From Flaccisagitta enflata (lineage: Eukaryota): a stretch of 64,000 bases of DNA. How positions within the stretch are numbered: the stretch's first letter is position 1; every line of letters starts with the position of its first letter. The stretch lies in contig OZ231126.1 of the NCBI GenBank assembly GCA_965153355.1, positions 44,702,001-44,766,000 on the forward strand. The letters are read 5' to 3'. A program made the translations under genes and the position numbers. This document shows positions 1 through 14,443 of this stretch, in pieces. The notes under the pieces are model-generated. The model ran no database searches. It was not told the origin of the DNA and was given only the letters and a program-made list of their open reading frames with translations.

Positions 1-301
1 ACGCAACATTTCATGCAAGGTTGCAACTTTGCCTCATACAGGAGTATTTTTTTTAAACGACTTTTTTTCAGATTCATTTTTGTTAGAATTCTGTAGACTA
101 GACTCTAAGTAAAATCAGATAGATTCTAGAGGGACACTGACCTACTTTGTTGATACTGCATGTTGATAAAAGAAATGCTCATATGAAATGATTTGTAACT
201 TTCTCAATGAACAGCCACGAAACAGATCGAAAGTAACGTTTGAAAAAATTTCCGCAAGATTAATAAGTTGAGCTCTGTTTTGATCGGCGGTCAAAAGCGT
301 T

Positions 302-493
302 ACAAGGCCGGACACGCGGCCACCGAAGTCGCGTGCGGGTGGGCAGGGGCCATATTTGAGGTCACCAGACCATTTGGGTAGGAGCGGTGAGGTCAAAGAA
401 ATAAAATCATAAAAAAGTAAAGTGTGACGGACCGATCAACCGACCGACCGACCGACGGACAAAGCGAGTTGTAGAGTCGCGTGCACGCGACTA
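302..493 (-). mobile_element. HINE/DINE-1-like (Helentron-associated) non-autonomous element, family A
   Basis: Read on minus: T-run, terminal palindrome AGTCGCGTGCACGCGACT, (GTCG/GGTC)n microsatellite, second copy of the palindrome arm (subterminal IR, about 326-335), then GGCC...GGCC stem-loop and TTGT end. Many related copies in the window. Confidence 0.7.
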
Positions 494-815
494 AAAAAAA
501 GTGAGAGCGGATCGATATAAAAGAGAGAGAGGGAGAGAGAAATGTCTTGTTTGCACACTGGCAATGAAGGCTAATGGCGATAAGGATTTCTCATAGTTTT
601 CAGTGTTGTTAACAAGACAGTAAAAATCGCCCCATATCGGATGTCTTTTCAATTTTCGTTAAAAAAGAAATCACTGAATCTGTCAGTTACTTAGATTCCC
701 AAGTAGTCTACATGATAATAAGTGATGATGTGAATATAGGTGAGCCAGTGGAGCGAAACAAGCTGCTTACAGTTTTCAGTCCATCAATATGAGACTTATC
801 TGTGAGAGAGAAAAA

Positions 816-880
<65 letters not shown>

Positions 881-883
<3 letters not shown>

Positions 884-1024
884 ATATTTGAGGTCACCAG
901 ACCATTTGGGTAGGAGCAGGGAGGTCAAAGTAATAAAATCATAAAAAAAAAGTAAAGTGTGACCGACAGACCAACCGACCGACCGACGGACAAAGCGGGT
1001 TGTAGAGTCGCGTGCACGCGACTA
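881..1024 (-). mobile_element. Partial HINE-like family A copy
   Basis: Near-identical to 349-493 (gccatatttgaggtcaccagaccatttgggtaggagc...agtcgcgtgcacgcgact), bounded by (AG)n. Confidence 0.7.
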
Positions 1025-1035
1025 AAAAAAAAGAA

Positions 1036-1118
<83 letters not shown>

Positions 1119-1986
1119 AGTGAATGTTGCTCATTCAAACGGACGCGAGGCTGAAACGGAAAAAATAAAGAGATTAATGAATTCGATGATGACCCAACTA
1201 GAAAAAGAGTAACAAAAAAAGAAATAAAGAAAACAACTTGATGTACTTTTTTCCCTCCCCAAAATGTACTTACAATTCGCGATTGAGCAGTCAGAGGAAA
1301 TGACGGTAAATGCATTATTTTTGGGTAGGTGTTTTTCCATCACAAAGGAAACTTTCGCCAATCAGTTCAATGATTGGTATATCTGCACTATGATGAAGTA
1401 GGTTAATGATTAAATATATTGCAGTTATCATTGAATAAACTATGCTGATGAAAAGAAATTATCTATGAGAAATAAAAGAATTTGGCTTATTATCTGGAAG
1501 TATCATTCATTGATTACCAGTTGTTTACAGACTGAAATATTTCGAGATCAGTGTGCGGTAAAGTTGATTAGGCGCTACAGGCCGCTAGTATGTTAAAAAA
1601 AGAACAAAAAAAAAAAAAGAAAAAAACAACAAAAAACATTGGATAAATAACACGAAAAACAACCAACCTAGATGAAATCTCATCAGAAAATTGAAATTTT
1701 CAACTCCGATTATTGAGCTCATCTCGAGAAGCATTCAGGTTTCACTATTTACTAAAACAACCTCCTGCATTCTTCGTTGATGTGTTGTCAGGCAGACGCG
1801 TTTGGCCGATTTATCGCGTGAACTGTAAACTATAACTTTGAAATGAATTACGTTAACTTTGGGCTGAAGAATTTTCTCGTGACAACCGCGAACCAACCGA
1901 AAATGCAAATATCGGTTTGCTTTTGAGCTTCACGTATTTTTGAAATACATATTTTTGATAAATCTTTTATGACTCTGTCAATGGTG

Positions 1987-2538
1987 CAAGGTGTTTCACG
2001 CGTTTTGAGGTATTTTAAAACGACATTTCTCAGCTTTTATCATCTTTTTTAAACTTCTTAAAAAAGACCCAAAAAGATCTTGGTCGGCAGTTTTTGCACG
2101 CAAAATTTCGTGCTGTTGGGATGATTTTTGAAGCAACTGCAAAATTTTGAAGTTTGTGTTCAATTTCAGAGTGCTTTTCATTTTTGCCTTTAAAATTTTA
2201 AATGAAACAAAACATTTTTACTGAAAATCTGTCATTACATCAGTTAAGCTAGAGCCTAGGTTTATTGATTTTTACCAAAAATCGTAAAAATATTACACCA
2301 ATAAACATGACTAGATTTGCACCATTTACAAAAAATAAAGTAGAAATGACTGAGTCTAAAATCATTCATTTACTTCAAATTTATGTGGTTGCTTAAAAAA
2401 TTATCCCAATATCATGAGACTTTACATGCATAATCTGCTGATCAAGATCTTTTTAGATCTTTTTTCAGAGATAAAAAAAAATTACTAGAAGCTGAGATAT
2501 GTCGTTTAAAAATACCTCGAAACGTGTGAAACACCCTG
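1987..2538. mobile_element. Tc1/mariner-type MITE with long TIRs
   Basis: caaggtgtttcacgcgttttgaggtattttaaaacgacat... versus ...atgtcgtttaaaaatacctcgaaacgtgtgaaacaccctg|TA; imperfect inverted arms over 100 bp; left TA decayed to TG. Confidence 0.75.
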
Positions 2539-2688
2539 TAGATAGAATGTTGTCTGTTTACAATAAGCTTAACAGGGGTCGGGTTTTTTAAAGAGTTTTT
2601 TACAATGTCAAGTTGAATAGACTTACACCTTGAGTGTATAAAAAGCTGTCAATTTTTATTTCAATCGCTGAGGTCAAAGCTGGGAATA

Positions 2689-3271
2689 CCATCTTGGCCA
2701 TAAATATAAGAACAGCTTTTAAGTGTCATAACTTGCTTGATTTTAATCGCAGAGAGATGATTTTTTTTTCAAAATTTGCATCTTCGAAAAATCTATCAAA
2801 TGAGACCGAGCTGGTTCCTTTATTCGTTTAGAAATGAGAACCAAATGAATAAGACATTTGCTTTTTGCAATTGTGGTTGGGCAAATCTTTCTTAGATAAT
2901 GGAGAACGGTGCACTGGCACTGCACCCAATGTACTTTAAGATCGATGAGTTAAGCTTGTCTAGGATTAGCCCACATCCATTTGGATCTCAATCCAATTGA
3001 GAACTCAAACATTCAAACAAAAAACCTGCAGAAACAGGGGAAAACAACATGCAAAGCAAGGCTGAAATGAATCGTATAAATGGTTTGAAACAAGATAACT
3101 CCAGAGTACCTGCAGTCTCTCTACAAGTCAATGCCAGAGTGAATGCAGGCGGTGGTGGATGCCCAACATGGTAATACTAAATATTAGATGCAGTCTTATA
3201 TGTTTGCTGCTCACTTCTAGTCAATAAATCAACTCATAAACCTGCTGTTCTTATATTTATGGCCAAGATGG
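2689..3271 (+). mobile_element. Internally deleted Tc1-family DNA transposon
   Basis: Perfect 28-bp TIR CCATCTTGGCCATAAATATAAGAACAGC, TA on both sides, transposase C-terminal remnant inside. Confidence 0.9.
2981..3187 (+). pseudogene. Tc1 transposase C-terminal remnant
   Basis: Translates as LDLNPIEN (SPDLNPIE motif) and ITPEYLQSLYKSMPE*MQAVVDAQHGNTKY*, matching the Tc1 end SMPRRxxAVIxAxGGxTKY, with an internal TGA. Confidence 0.85.
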
Positions 3272-3547
3272 TAAAAATGTGTTTTACGCTCTGACGGGAC
3301 ATCATTATTATGATTTTTCTATCTGTCCTAACTTGTTTGATCATTAGCCCTTATTTGCAAAAGGTTGTTCATGATAGTGAGGAAATCATATACTATGAGC
3401 GCAAACTAAAAAAAACCCTGTCTGTTAGAGCCACCCCATGTTTTTGCAGGGCTCTTGGAAAGGATACCTTGGCAAAACTCTTTTCGATGTGTGCAGATGT
3501 TGTTGCTTTTGTGAAGCCCGAAAACAATAGTATTACAATACTTTTTT

Positions 3548-3625
<78 letters not shown>

Positions 3626-4597
3626 TTTTTTGGTAAGGAAGAAAAAAATCAGAGATTTTTCTGCTCCATTCCTCCGACTCAGAAAAGTGTTTCAGAAACA
3701 ATCTCAAGTATCTATCATGATAACCAACCAAATGCAAAGGCCAATTTACTGGATTCTGCATCATATAGATAATTCGATAATGGGCAACATGTATTTCGGC
3801 TGACATAGTTTGAGGCATAAAAACCTGACTAAATGCAAAAGAAAAAGAAAAAGAAAAAGAAAAAGAAAAAGAAAAAGAAAAAGAAAAAGAAAAAGAAAAA
3901 GAAAAAGAAAAAAAAAGAAAGAAAAAAAAAAGAAAAAGAAAAAGTTAAGAGGGGAAAAAAGAAGTTACAGAAGATGAGAAAAGAACAAGGACAAGAACAA
4001 GAAAAACAAGAAGAAGAAGAAAAAGAAGGTTTATTGAGCAATAAGAGGACGAAGCGCGGACCTTTTCTCGTTTTGAGCCGCGCGCGAAACCACATCACGA
4101 AATAAATGGCAGTTGTAAATTTTGATGACTTGTAGATTTTGTAGGGGAAGAGAAAGAAGAACGAGGACTGAGAAGTGGGATTTCTCAGTAACCAAAGTGG
4201 AATAAAAGTAAAGAGGAAAGTTTAGACCTAGAAGAGGGGAAGGGGGAATGGTGAAAAGAACGGGAGCGCGGATCAAGATATTGTGTATTGGTGAGAGGAA
4301 GAAAGGGAAAGGGACAGAGGAATCAATGATTAAAGTATGTTTATCATAAGAACAGTGTTTTGAGCTCTCAAATTCAAAATGTGTTATCTAAACAGGCTAA
4401 AGTGTCTACACGGTGAAACTTTATCAATAAATATTTACCACTGGTTTTAGCAACGTTGAAAAAAAATTTACTTCGGAGAACCCTTTGTACTACTAAAGAG
4501 CACATGGCTGCACGCTGTACAGATGATGGAACTCTCCAACTACTCTAATTTCAAATATCGAATTAAAACGTGTTCTTTTGCATCTCCCTCCGGCAGC

Positions 4598-4654
<57 letters not shown>

Positions 4655-4940
4655 TTTCCTTCTTTGATTTGTGATGCCTTTGAACATCCTCCCCAATTAT
4701 CTAAACATTTTTTCTTGCGAATTTTATGATAATTACCTTTGAGTTTGGAAGGTTTTCTGTTGTTTCTGTCCCAAGAAAACAAATGAAAATTCCAAAACTT
4801 TCGTACCGAAATGAGATACAATTTTTCATGGACATGAATAAAATTAACGAATTGAATTTTTTCTCAAGAAAAAAAAAGAGAGAAAAAAATATTGGGAGGC
4901 AAATTATTGTGGAGAGACAAAAGAAGATGGCAGTGAAGCA

Positions 4941-5079
<139 letters not shown>

Positions 5080-7163
5080 CTTCCTCTTTTCTCTTTCCTT
5101 CCTTTTTGCTGCTGTAATTCTGCGTAAATGTCAATGAGCAAAGTTTACTTTAATTTTTAAAGCTCTTTTTAAACTTTGAAAACGGTTTTGTCACACGAAA
5201 AGGGAGATAAAAGTCGCCTCCTATTTTTCCTTGTCCCATTCTTAATTCCCCATCTTATAACTGTCTAGGTTTCTACTTTTTTTCATGTTGCGCTCTTCGT
5301 GTTTTTGTGTTGGTTTTTTTGTTTCCTAAGATCAATAATCTTTGGATGTATCTAACGGAGGTCCTGTGCCTGCCATGAGACAGGACTCCCTGTCTAATGG
5401 CAGATCGTTCGACTAAATTGTTTTAGTTATGGGAAGAAACAAATGATTATTTTCTGCTCTATCATTTAACGGATTACATTTCAGATTTTTGTTTTGGTGT
5501 AGAAAAAAAAATGAAAATAATTATTGTCTGTTCTGTCATTTACAGGACTAACAAATTTTGCTTATGATCATGACTCATTGAATTTATTCATGATTTATGA
5601 GGCATGGTCCCAAATTATGAGCCACGTTGACTTATCGATTTGTGCTAAAAACGGGAAACGGTTCGTTTCAGAATTTGTTTGGGGACAAAAAGGGAGAGGA
5701 ATAATGGCTTGACAATTCAATCCAAGCTAGTGTTGATCGAGTAAAAGATAAAATGTGGAAATGGCAGTAATGAAGGAGCGAAGACGTTAATTGGTCGCCA
5801 ATTTGACTTTCTTTTTGCCTAATCACTTCTCATCATCGGATTTTTTCCCTTCTTTGATTCCGTCTTCTTGCAAATAATCCTGAGAGAAAGACATATTCAA
5901 TGTTCAATTGCCTCAAATGGCATCTGAGATGACGAGTCTCCAATTCCCAAACTGGTTTCAAAACACGAGAAATTGTCCTGTACCCTATTTTTGGCCGTAC
6001 CGTATTCCGACTGAATCGGACGCGAAATTGGCAAAGTCTGGAATTTTTTTTCTATCTATCTATCTTGATGATAAAAAGCCACAAAAACTCACTGATTATA
6101 TATGCTCTCCCCGAAGCTACAGATTCACTGTATCTGTCTGTATCCGACGCCCACGTGGTGTTACAGTAGGGCTGACAGCGAGCATTTTGCAATTGATACA
6201 AAACCAATAATCATGGGAGACAGATTACTGATCAGTATTTCATTTGTATTTCTTTATAGAAAATTCATTTCAATGAGGGCAACAAAGAGGCAGGGCATAC
6301 TTAACTAATGCACACCACCCAAACAAACACAGACATACGTAACTACACAAAACGGAACATGGAAAAAAAAAAAACAATTGTAAAGCAAAGAACAAATGAC
6401 GCTACTTGACCTTTCAGGTTTCAGTGAAAGTCTTAGACTATCAGTTTAAACCGACAGACGGAACTTCAATAACTACAATTCATCTCAATTCACTCGTGCA
6501 GAACGTATATCTGCCAAGTGGAGGCTTGTAGATTATCACTAAGTGATCAACTCTTTTCATTCACAAGGTTATACCCACATTCCATGATCTAGCCCTGAAT
6601 AAAAATTGAGGTACACCACCACCCAACTCTTACAATTCATATCAATCCAATCATTCTCCAATCAAATTCATGAATGTCTTACGACGCCCCCTGTATGCTT
6701 CCAAATTACGCTTATCTACCCCCTCAATCCATACAAAATCATATTATGAACAGTATAAAATTGCGGAGCTCCATTATTCATCCAACGTGTGTGACGCATA
6801 TAACGATGTAAAGACCCATCCGGTGAAGCGCACACGTTGTAAAGAGCCGCAAAATTAACTTTGTTGCAGATGCTGCACGGCCTGTACCTGTGTATTTGTG
6901 AGTGTGTGTGTGTGTGTGTGTGGTGTATCCATATGTTTTCCAATCCGCATGTCTGTCAGTCAATCTATGTCTCTTATACACACACCATTCGCGTTCATCT
7001 TGGTAGAAGGAGTTGGAAGCTCCGCATGATGATATCATATCGCAGTTGTCTCCATGAAATGCAAATGCCGTCCTGATGATAAAATATTGGAGTGTTAAAC
7101 CAGCCTAGGCCGCTTCATGTCTGAGTGCTTGTCTTTTTATTGAAGGTAAATAATCTAAGTCTC

Positions 7164-7205
<42 letters not shown>

Positions 7206-7769
7206 GAAAGACACGCAGACGCGCACACACATGCATGCGCACACACACACACGCACACACACGCACACACGCACGCACACATGTACACGCGCACACACAG
7301 TCATTGTCTATCTAACCATTAGTGAATTTTGAAGAACGAAGGTCTTTGAGCTTTGATGTGAATTTCGCAACTTATTCAATGCCAGGTTTGGAGGATGTAC
7401 TGATGATGCTGAAGTTCTGCGACAAAAGAAAGTACTACGAGCTTTACTTTCACATTCAAACATACACCAAAAACTAATAAGTAATGCAAAACTTATCCCC
7501 ACAAAAAAAATTACCACGTCAGCACTGTAATTTTTGACAGTGATGGGGTCTTTTCTTTGTTCTTTCTTAGCCGGTTTGAAGATAATGAGTCCCGCGCATA
7601 GATATTGTTTTGGTCAGCGCCACTTTTGACATTTTCTCCAGCTTTGGCGTCTTACAAATTACGTCATCAGCTTCTTCCAATGATGGCTTCGTCTGTCCAT
7701 GGCACCTTCGTCATTGGTGTTTATCACCAGTAGTTTTGTAACAGTAGTTTCATAACAGTCGCCTTAATC

Positions 7770-8050
7770 ATTGTCTTTTTCATCAGTTATCTTCGTCACG
7801 GTTGTCTTCATCATCATCTTCAACACCGTCATCTTCAGCGTCGTCGTCTTCATCGTCGTCTTCATCGTCGTCGTCTTCATCGTCGTCGTCTTCATCGTCA
7901 TCGTCTTCATCGGCGTCGTCTTCATCGGTGTCGTCTTCATAGTTGTCTTCATCTTTGCTGTCTTCATCACCGTCGTTTTAATCATCGTTTTCATCGTCTT
8001 TGTTGTTTTCATCGTCCTCTTTTTTAACAGCGTCATCGTCTTTATCATGA
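7770..8050. repeat. Degenerate (CATCGTCTT/GTC)n low-complexity repeat
   Basis: Repeated gtcgtcttcatc units; the acidic reading frame on minus contains a stop. Confidence 0.7.
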
Positions 8051-9067
8051 TCATGTCCAAAAATTGTCAATCAAAAGTGAGGTTGTAACAATCCGCATGC
8101 TGCAAATAAGCGGGGCATCAGGTCCCAGTGTCAGACTTCAATTGTTTTATCGGGAAAAAAGTCGAAGTCAGTCTTCGACTTTTTGACATATTCGAGAGAA
8201 ACAGGGTTTTCATTTTCTTATGGGAAAGTTGGGCATCTCCACCGACCGATTGCACCCTCGGACGAAATTGATAGGGTAAGTAAATTTGATAATTCTCTTT
8301 CATTTGGCGCCAAGCAGAATGCTCTACGACAAATATTTTTCGCGCTATGATTTTTTAAAGATTTATTTATAAAAAATTTGAATAGAATTTTTTTTATTTT
8401 TTACAATTTTGTGTAGGATCAATAAAGGAGTGTATTTATGCTTACTGAGGCAATGCAAAGACATGTTTATGAGCACAGCTGCTCATCTGTGAGGGCGTTT
8501 ATGAGCAAGCTAGCTCACTTAGCAAGTCTATTTTTCTGATTTCAAATTGATTGAAAATGATTTATTTTGATATTTTTAGCTCATCTAGCTCATTTGGCTC
8601 AGTCCTGATTTTCAATGCAATCAATACATACAATTGCTTTTGTTTCAATTTAATAAAAAGAAAATTTCAATGACTGAAGATGAAAACATGGTGAAAATTG
8701 ACCACTGCTTACGACTTTTTTCCTCACGGCGACAGCCGCCATTACTGGTATACCTAGATATCTTTATAGATAATCACTATTTTTTCTTTCATTTACTTAA
8801 TTCTAGCCTAATCGTCCGACTGCGGGCACGTAAGCTTAGGCTCCCGATGCCCCTTTCAATATGGCGTCATCATAGTGAGCGAAAGGCGTTCATTTGAAGG
8901 CGAGTGCCGAGTGAGCTGACGCTTGAAGTATGTGTCGTGAGGAAGAGTTTTCATCCAGCAAGTGCTCTGAGTCGTCAAATTCATTGAATGGCCGTCATTA
9001 TGTATGCATTAGCTTGTACCTAAATGACGGAAAGTGATAAATTTGGCATTCCACATGCACTTTATGC

Positions 9068-9596
9068 TGTGGGGCTGTCTTGGGCTCCTGTTAAGATCAG
9101 TTTTGCCACTCAAATCCTACTTTAAGCTTTCCGCATCTTACCCTTGGTAAAACCTACCTCTATGGGGAACCAAAAATTTCAAAGTGCCTAAATATCTGTT
9201 TTGACTGCAGATTTGAAATCTGCAGAAAAAACTGTTAATTGAAAGTGCTTTCCTTTTTTCAATATTCCAACTAGAAGATGCTCAAAATAAGCGTTGAAGT
9301 TTGCAAAACTTACCTTTCTCTTTTATTTCTTTGTAAAATCGCCGATCTTACCTTTTTGTCATATCTTTAAGATGAAATTTGACTATGATCCTGAAGGAAT
9401 TTTGAAAAAAGAAGAGCACTTTCAATTATTAGTTTTTCATGCAGATTTCAAATATGCAGTCAAAAATGGGATTTTAGTAACTTGAATTTTTTGGTTTCCT
9501 ATAGGCTAAAGGAAATTTCAAGGTAAGGCGCGGACAGCAAGATGCAAAATTTTCAAACTGAAATTGATGTCATTAGAAGCCCAAGACAGCCCCACA
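9068..9596. mobile_element. Foldback/MITE with about 200-bp imperfect inverted arms
   Basis: tgtggggctgtcttgggct ... agcccaagacagccccaca at the ends; inner arm match ttgactgcagatttgaaatctgca / tgcagatttcaaatatgcagtcaa. Confidence 0.75.
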
Positions 9597-10589
9597 ACAA
9601 GAACTACTTGTAGAATTCTGATATTATTGTTTATTGTCATTTCGGTACAAGCTAGTATGCATTGTCTAGAGATTTGTGTGGAAATTTGCGCAAATCTTCC
9701 TAAAATATTTTTTGACGATCAAGTCTCTTATTATAAACTTCGGAAGAAGAAATTTCTGGTTGCATATCTCATACAAGAGTCTGTTTCTGAAGTAGCATAC
9801 AGTGAAACCAAAATCAGTTGCGAAATGCACAGGAATTTATCTTTGTTCCAAAAAAATATAAAAGGAACTAGCAAAAAGCAAATTCGTCGAGCTTCAATTT
9901 TGCGGCAACATATCAAGGAAATAACTACAATGTTGTTATGGATTTTGCCAAGGTATCTTTCCCGTGAACTCCGAGGGGTAAAGAGTGACTTTGACTGAAG
10001 CAATTCTTTCAACAATTTGCGCTCATGGAATCAATTCCCCTACAATCATGGTCAACTTGCCAGATATAATGGCCCATGATCATACGAACTAAGATAGCTG
10101 GAAAAAGTTGTGGTAACAATGTCTTATCGGGCGTTTAACTGATTTTCATCGCTACCTTTTGATTTAGTAACCTAAAAAAATGTTAGTAGCATTGATTATG
10201 CTCAGCATACTTTTCCATTCAACATAAAATGAAAAAAAGATTTTTGAAATTTCCGACCCAATAAATCTGTGATGATAACAGAATCGTCTACGATAAACCC
10301 AGGTTTCTCGGTTCGGAAGTATTGGCTGCTGTTTTCTTCAGATGCGAATGGTGAGGAGGATATAAGAAAGAATCAAAGAAAACAATGCCAGATACGCGGC
10401 CAATAAGTTGTCGCTGGCGGATGAGCAGGGGTTGTATGTAGGTGGGCGGGGCTGTAATGTGGCTGGGCAGGGGCCGTTATGCTCAGAAATCAGTATTACA
10501 GTCGATTTCAAGTCATCCGAAATTTCGCTTACCGGAACTTCCATCCTTACTATACTACCTACCATGGGACAACCCATCCTCTTCGCTTA

Positions 10590-11158
10590 GCCAGCGACTA
10601 AAAAGAATAGTCGCGGTACCAGATGCCCCTAGGTATGTGTATGTGGGGTTGAGAAGGTGAGAGGGGCAGCAGCCTTGGAGGGACCGATGATCTATGCTGA
10701 GGCAAATTGAGAATCATGGAACGTTTGAACATCTAAGGAGTCAACGTGGCTGAGATTTGGGCCAAAATCATCAATGAGATTTTTGCTCGGAAGCTGAAAG
10801 TTGGGCTTCGAGGTTGGAATTGAGAGCCAAAAGGCCATGATTAAATTAAGCTTCAAAGCTGAGACTTAGGCCTCGAGGCTGGGATTTGGGCCTCAAGGCG
10901 AGAATCTGGGCCTTGGGGGCTGGGAATTTAGCTTTGAGGCTGGGATTTGGGCCTTGGGGTTGGGATTTAGGCTTCTGGTTTGGAAATTGGGCCTCGAAGC
11001 TGGGATATGGGCCTTGAGGCTGGGGTGTGGGTCTCGAGGCTGGCATTTGGGTCTCGAGGCCGGGAGGGGCAACGTAGTTGAACAAGAAGGAGAAGAAAGA
11101 GACATTTCCCCATGTGCAAAAGCATGGGTCATCGGTCCCTTCGAGGCCGCTGCTCCAA
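10590..11158 (-). mobile_element. Family B asymmetric-TIR element with 21-bp minisatellite
   Basis: gggcagcagccttggagggaccgatga ... tcatcggtcccttcgaggccgctgctcc inverted ends around (gaggctgggatttgggcctc)n; same design as 36219-36813. Left edge approximate. Confidence 0.6.
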
Positions 11159-11671
11159 AAAGGAGAAAAGTAAGAGGACAAGTGAAACCAGACCAACCAA
11201 AAGATGGACAAATTGACAAACTGTCTGACGCAGGGACTAACCAACCGACGGACACAGGAAATTCGAACGAAGAAGTCAAAGACGGGGTAAACAAAGAAGA
11301 AAACCAATGAGTGGATGAAAGAAGAAGAAAACGAAAAAGAAAAGAAGTAAAGGAGACAAGAAAAGGAGATGGAGGAAGAATGAATAAAAAAGTAAAGAAG
11401 AAATCGAAAAAGAAAGGAATGGAAGAAAAAAATGAGAAAGAAAAAGAGCAAAATCGAACAATGATAAAAGAGCAAAATCACCGAGAAGCGAGCAGACAAG
11501 ATTTCGATTTTGAAAAGGAACAATAAGAGCAAAAGAAAGAGAAGAGAAAAGAAAAGAAAAGAAAAGAAAAAGAAAAGAAAAAAAAATGTCGTCACGTAAA
11601 GATGGGAGAGCGTTTGCTGCTTGAGAAGTCTGTCCCAACGGAATGTCTTTCGAACTACATTTGTAAAGGTC

Positions 11672-11792
<121 letters not shown>

Positions 11793-11834
11793 GAAATGAC
11801 AATTCGATCATCAGCAGGCAATATGTCAATACAG

Positions 11835-11927
<93 letters not shown>

Positions 11928-12264
11928 TTAGTTGCGGACACGCAACTCTATAAGAGGGTTTGTCCGTTCATTGGTCCGTCCGTCGGTCCGTCCGTTGGTC
12001 CGTCCGTCCGTCCGTTGGTCCGTCCGTCCGTCCGTCCGTCCGTCAGTACGAGTCAAAACTTGGGAAAACGAGCGTTTTAGAATTTTCTTGTGTATGTGCC
12101 TGTGTCGGGAAGGGGGTTGGGTGGGGTGTTGTTGTTGTAATTGTTGTTGTTGTTGTTGTTGTTGTTTCTGCGGTCGTCGTCATCACGTGAACGAAATCCT
12201 TTGCAGAAAGCTTTGGGGAATATAGATTTTGGACCACGCTTGAAGATTTTGATCTACATTCCTC

Positions 12265-12345
<81 letters not shown>

Positions 12346-13009
12346 GACAATTAATTCTGAAAATGTAAAGCAAGTTAAAGCCAACTCCGTAAAGGGTAAA
12401 GTGAATGTCTCTCTTTAAGCCTGACTAAGGGTCTTTTAAATGCGCCTTTTGAAACGTCGCTAAATCATTACTCGTTTACCATCTCTTTCCCACCCCGAAA
12501 AACCCTAAGCGGAACAAAAACCCAACCCCATATCCACCCCAATACCCCCTCTCCATGCCACCTCCCCGTTTTGCCCCCTTTGCCCATTCGCTACCATCCA
12601 AACCTGAACTCATCCCTGTCCCTACTTCAGGACGAATCCACGCTGATCTTCTTTTAATTGTCTCCGCTGTTTCTCCCCGCAGAATTCCACTAAATATAAA
12701 TCTAAACAGCGATCCCGCTTTAGTCACCGCTTCTTTCAAAGCATCTTTGGCAGAGAGTTGCTCCATTTTCTGTAATCCGCATTACAAATTGTTCATGACT
12801 TAAGTTTTTACGGTGTGATCCTATCGATGAGACCTACATAGCCCTACTCCGAGTTAGAAAATGAAGAAGAAGATGAAGAAGAAACAAGCCGCGTGTCAGC
12901 GACTAAAAAGAAGACCAATTATTCATGAACGTGGTCGCGGATCTCTTATCAAATTCCGCCACCTTAAAGATTACTAGGGCGCGTATGTTTTATCCATCTT
13001 TGAATTCTT

Positions 13010-13205
13010 TCTACTTTTCTACTTTCCACTTCCTACTTTCTACCTTCTAATATCTACTTTCTACTTTCCACTTTTCATACAAAGACTAAGGCAAAGGCGC
13101 ATTTGTATTATCTATCCATTTGTGATATCCATCTTTGAATTCTTTCTACTTTTCTACTTTCCGCTTTCTACTTTCTACTTTCTACTTTCCATTTTCTACT
13201 TTCCA

Positions 13206-13280
<75 letters not shown>
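13010..13280. repeat. (CTACTTT)n heptamer arrays within a short duplicated block
   Basis: Two arrays, each preceded by ccatctttgaattctttct and followed by catacaaa..actaaggc.aaggcgc. Confidence 0.75.
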
Positions 13281-13281
<1 letters not shown>

Positions 13282-13341
13282 ATACAAACACTAAGGCTAA
13301 GGCGCGTTTGTGTTAGCCATCTTTGAATTCTTTCTAATATA

Positions 13342-13951
13342 CTATCTAGCTCAAAAGTATAGACACAAGATGAGCATTAATTGATTTATCTAATAAATAA
13401 TACATAATAAAATTCTGGAATATGTTTAGTATTTAGTGTGTCCATTCTGGGCATTAACATCAACTTTCATACGCCTCAGTATGCTTTTGTAGAGAGATTT
13501 GTGGTAAGTTGGTGAGATCTTCCCCCAATTTTTAGAGCAATTTTAACCTTGACAATTTCAACCCTGCAGCTGATATTGTGTATTCTATGTTTTGAAGCTG
13601 CTTTATTTGAGACCAAAGCAATGCAATGAGAGTTACATAAGGGCTGTGTCCAAGCCAACCATCAAAAAGGTTTACACCCTGTTTCATTTGTCATTGCCTT
13701 GTCATAGCGACAAATTATGCTGGAGCGCTATTATCCATCAACTAACTGCAATTTTTTGTTATTTTTGATTTGGAGTAGCAATCTTGTTTTGTCTGTCATT
13801 TCTAAACGCTTCAACTTAGAGAAACGCGGTTGGTGCCATTCAATCAGAAACTCGATCTAGTTTTTGAATCTTACTGATTTTTCTATCAATTTTTTATTTT
13901 AAGCAGAGATATTGCCTAAAACGCTTGTGTCTATACTTATGAGCTAGATAG
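13342..13951. mobile_element. Tc1/mariner-type MITE
   Basis: TA|CTATCTAGCTCAAAAGTATAGACACAAG ... CTTGTGTCTATACTTATGAGCTAGATAG|TA; 28-bp TIR with one mismatch. Confidence 0.85.
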
Positions 13952-14198
13952 TACAAAGCACTTCAATTATTTTCCTTTCAAACAAACTTTTCTTTGCCTT
14001 TGAGAAGCTTCTCCGACAAAATCGTTATCTTGTTTCTTCTCTCCGTTTTAACCAACTTTTCACAGTTTGCTCCTTTAACGGGCTGCCAGAATACCATTTG
14101 ATTGCTTGGGGGAGATGAACCAGCAAAAAAATAGGTGGAGTAAGCGAAAGTAAGAGCTCAGAGGCACATATCTTTTGTTGCGTATGTAACCCCGGTGG

Positions 14199-14324
<126 letters not shown>

Positions 14325-14375
14325 GAGTTGTTGTTGTTGTTGTTGTTGTTGTTGTGGTTGTGGTTGTGGTTGTGG

Positions 14376-14443
<68 letters not shown>

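Noticed and set aside
7764-8088. Asp/Glu-rich or MKTT/VVFI ORFs
   Set aside because: Translations of a simple repeat; the acidic frame has a stop and no splice support.
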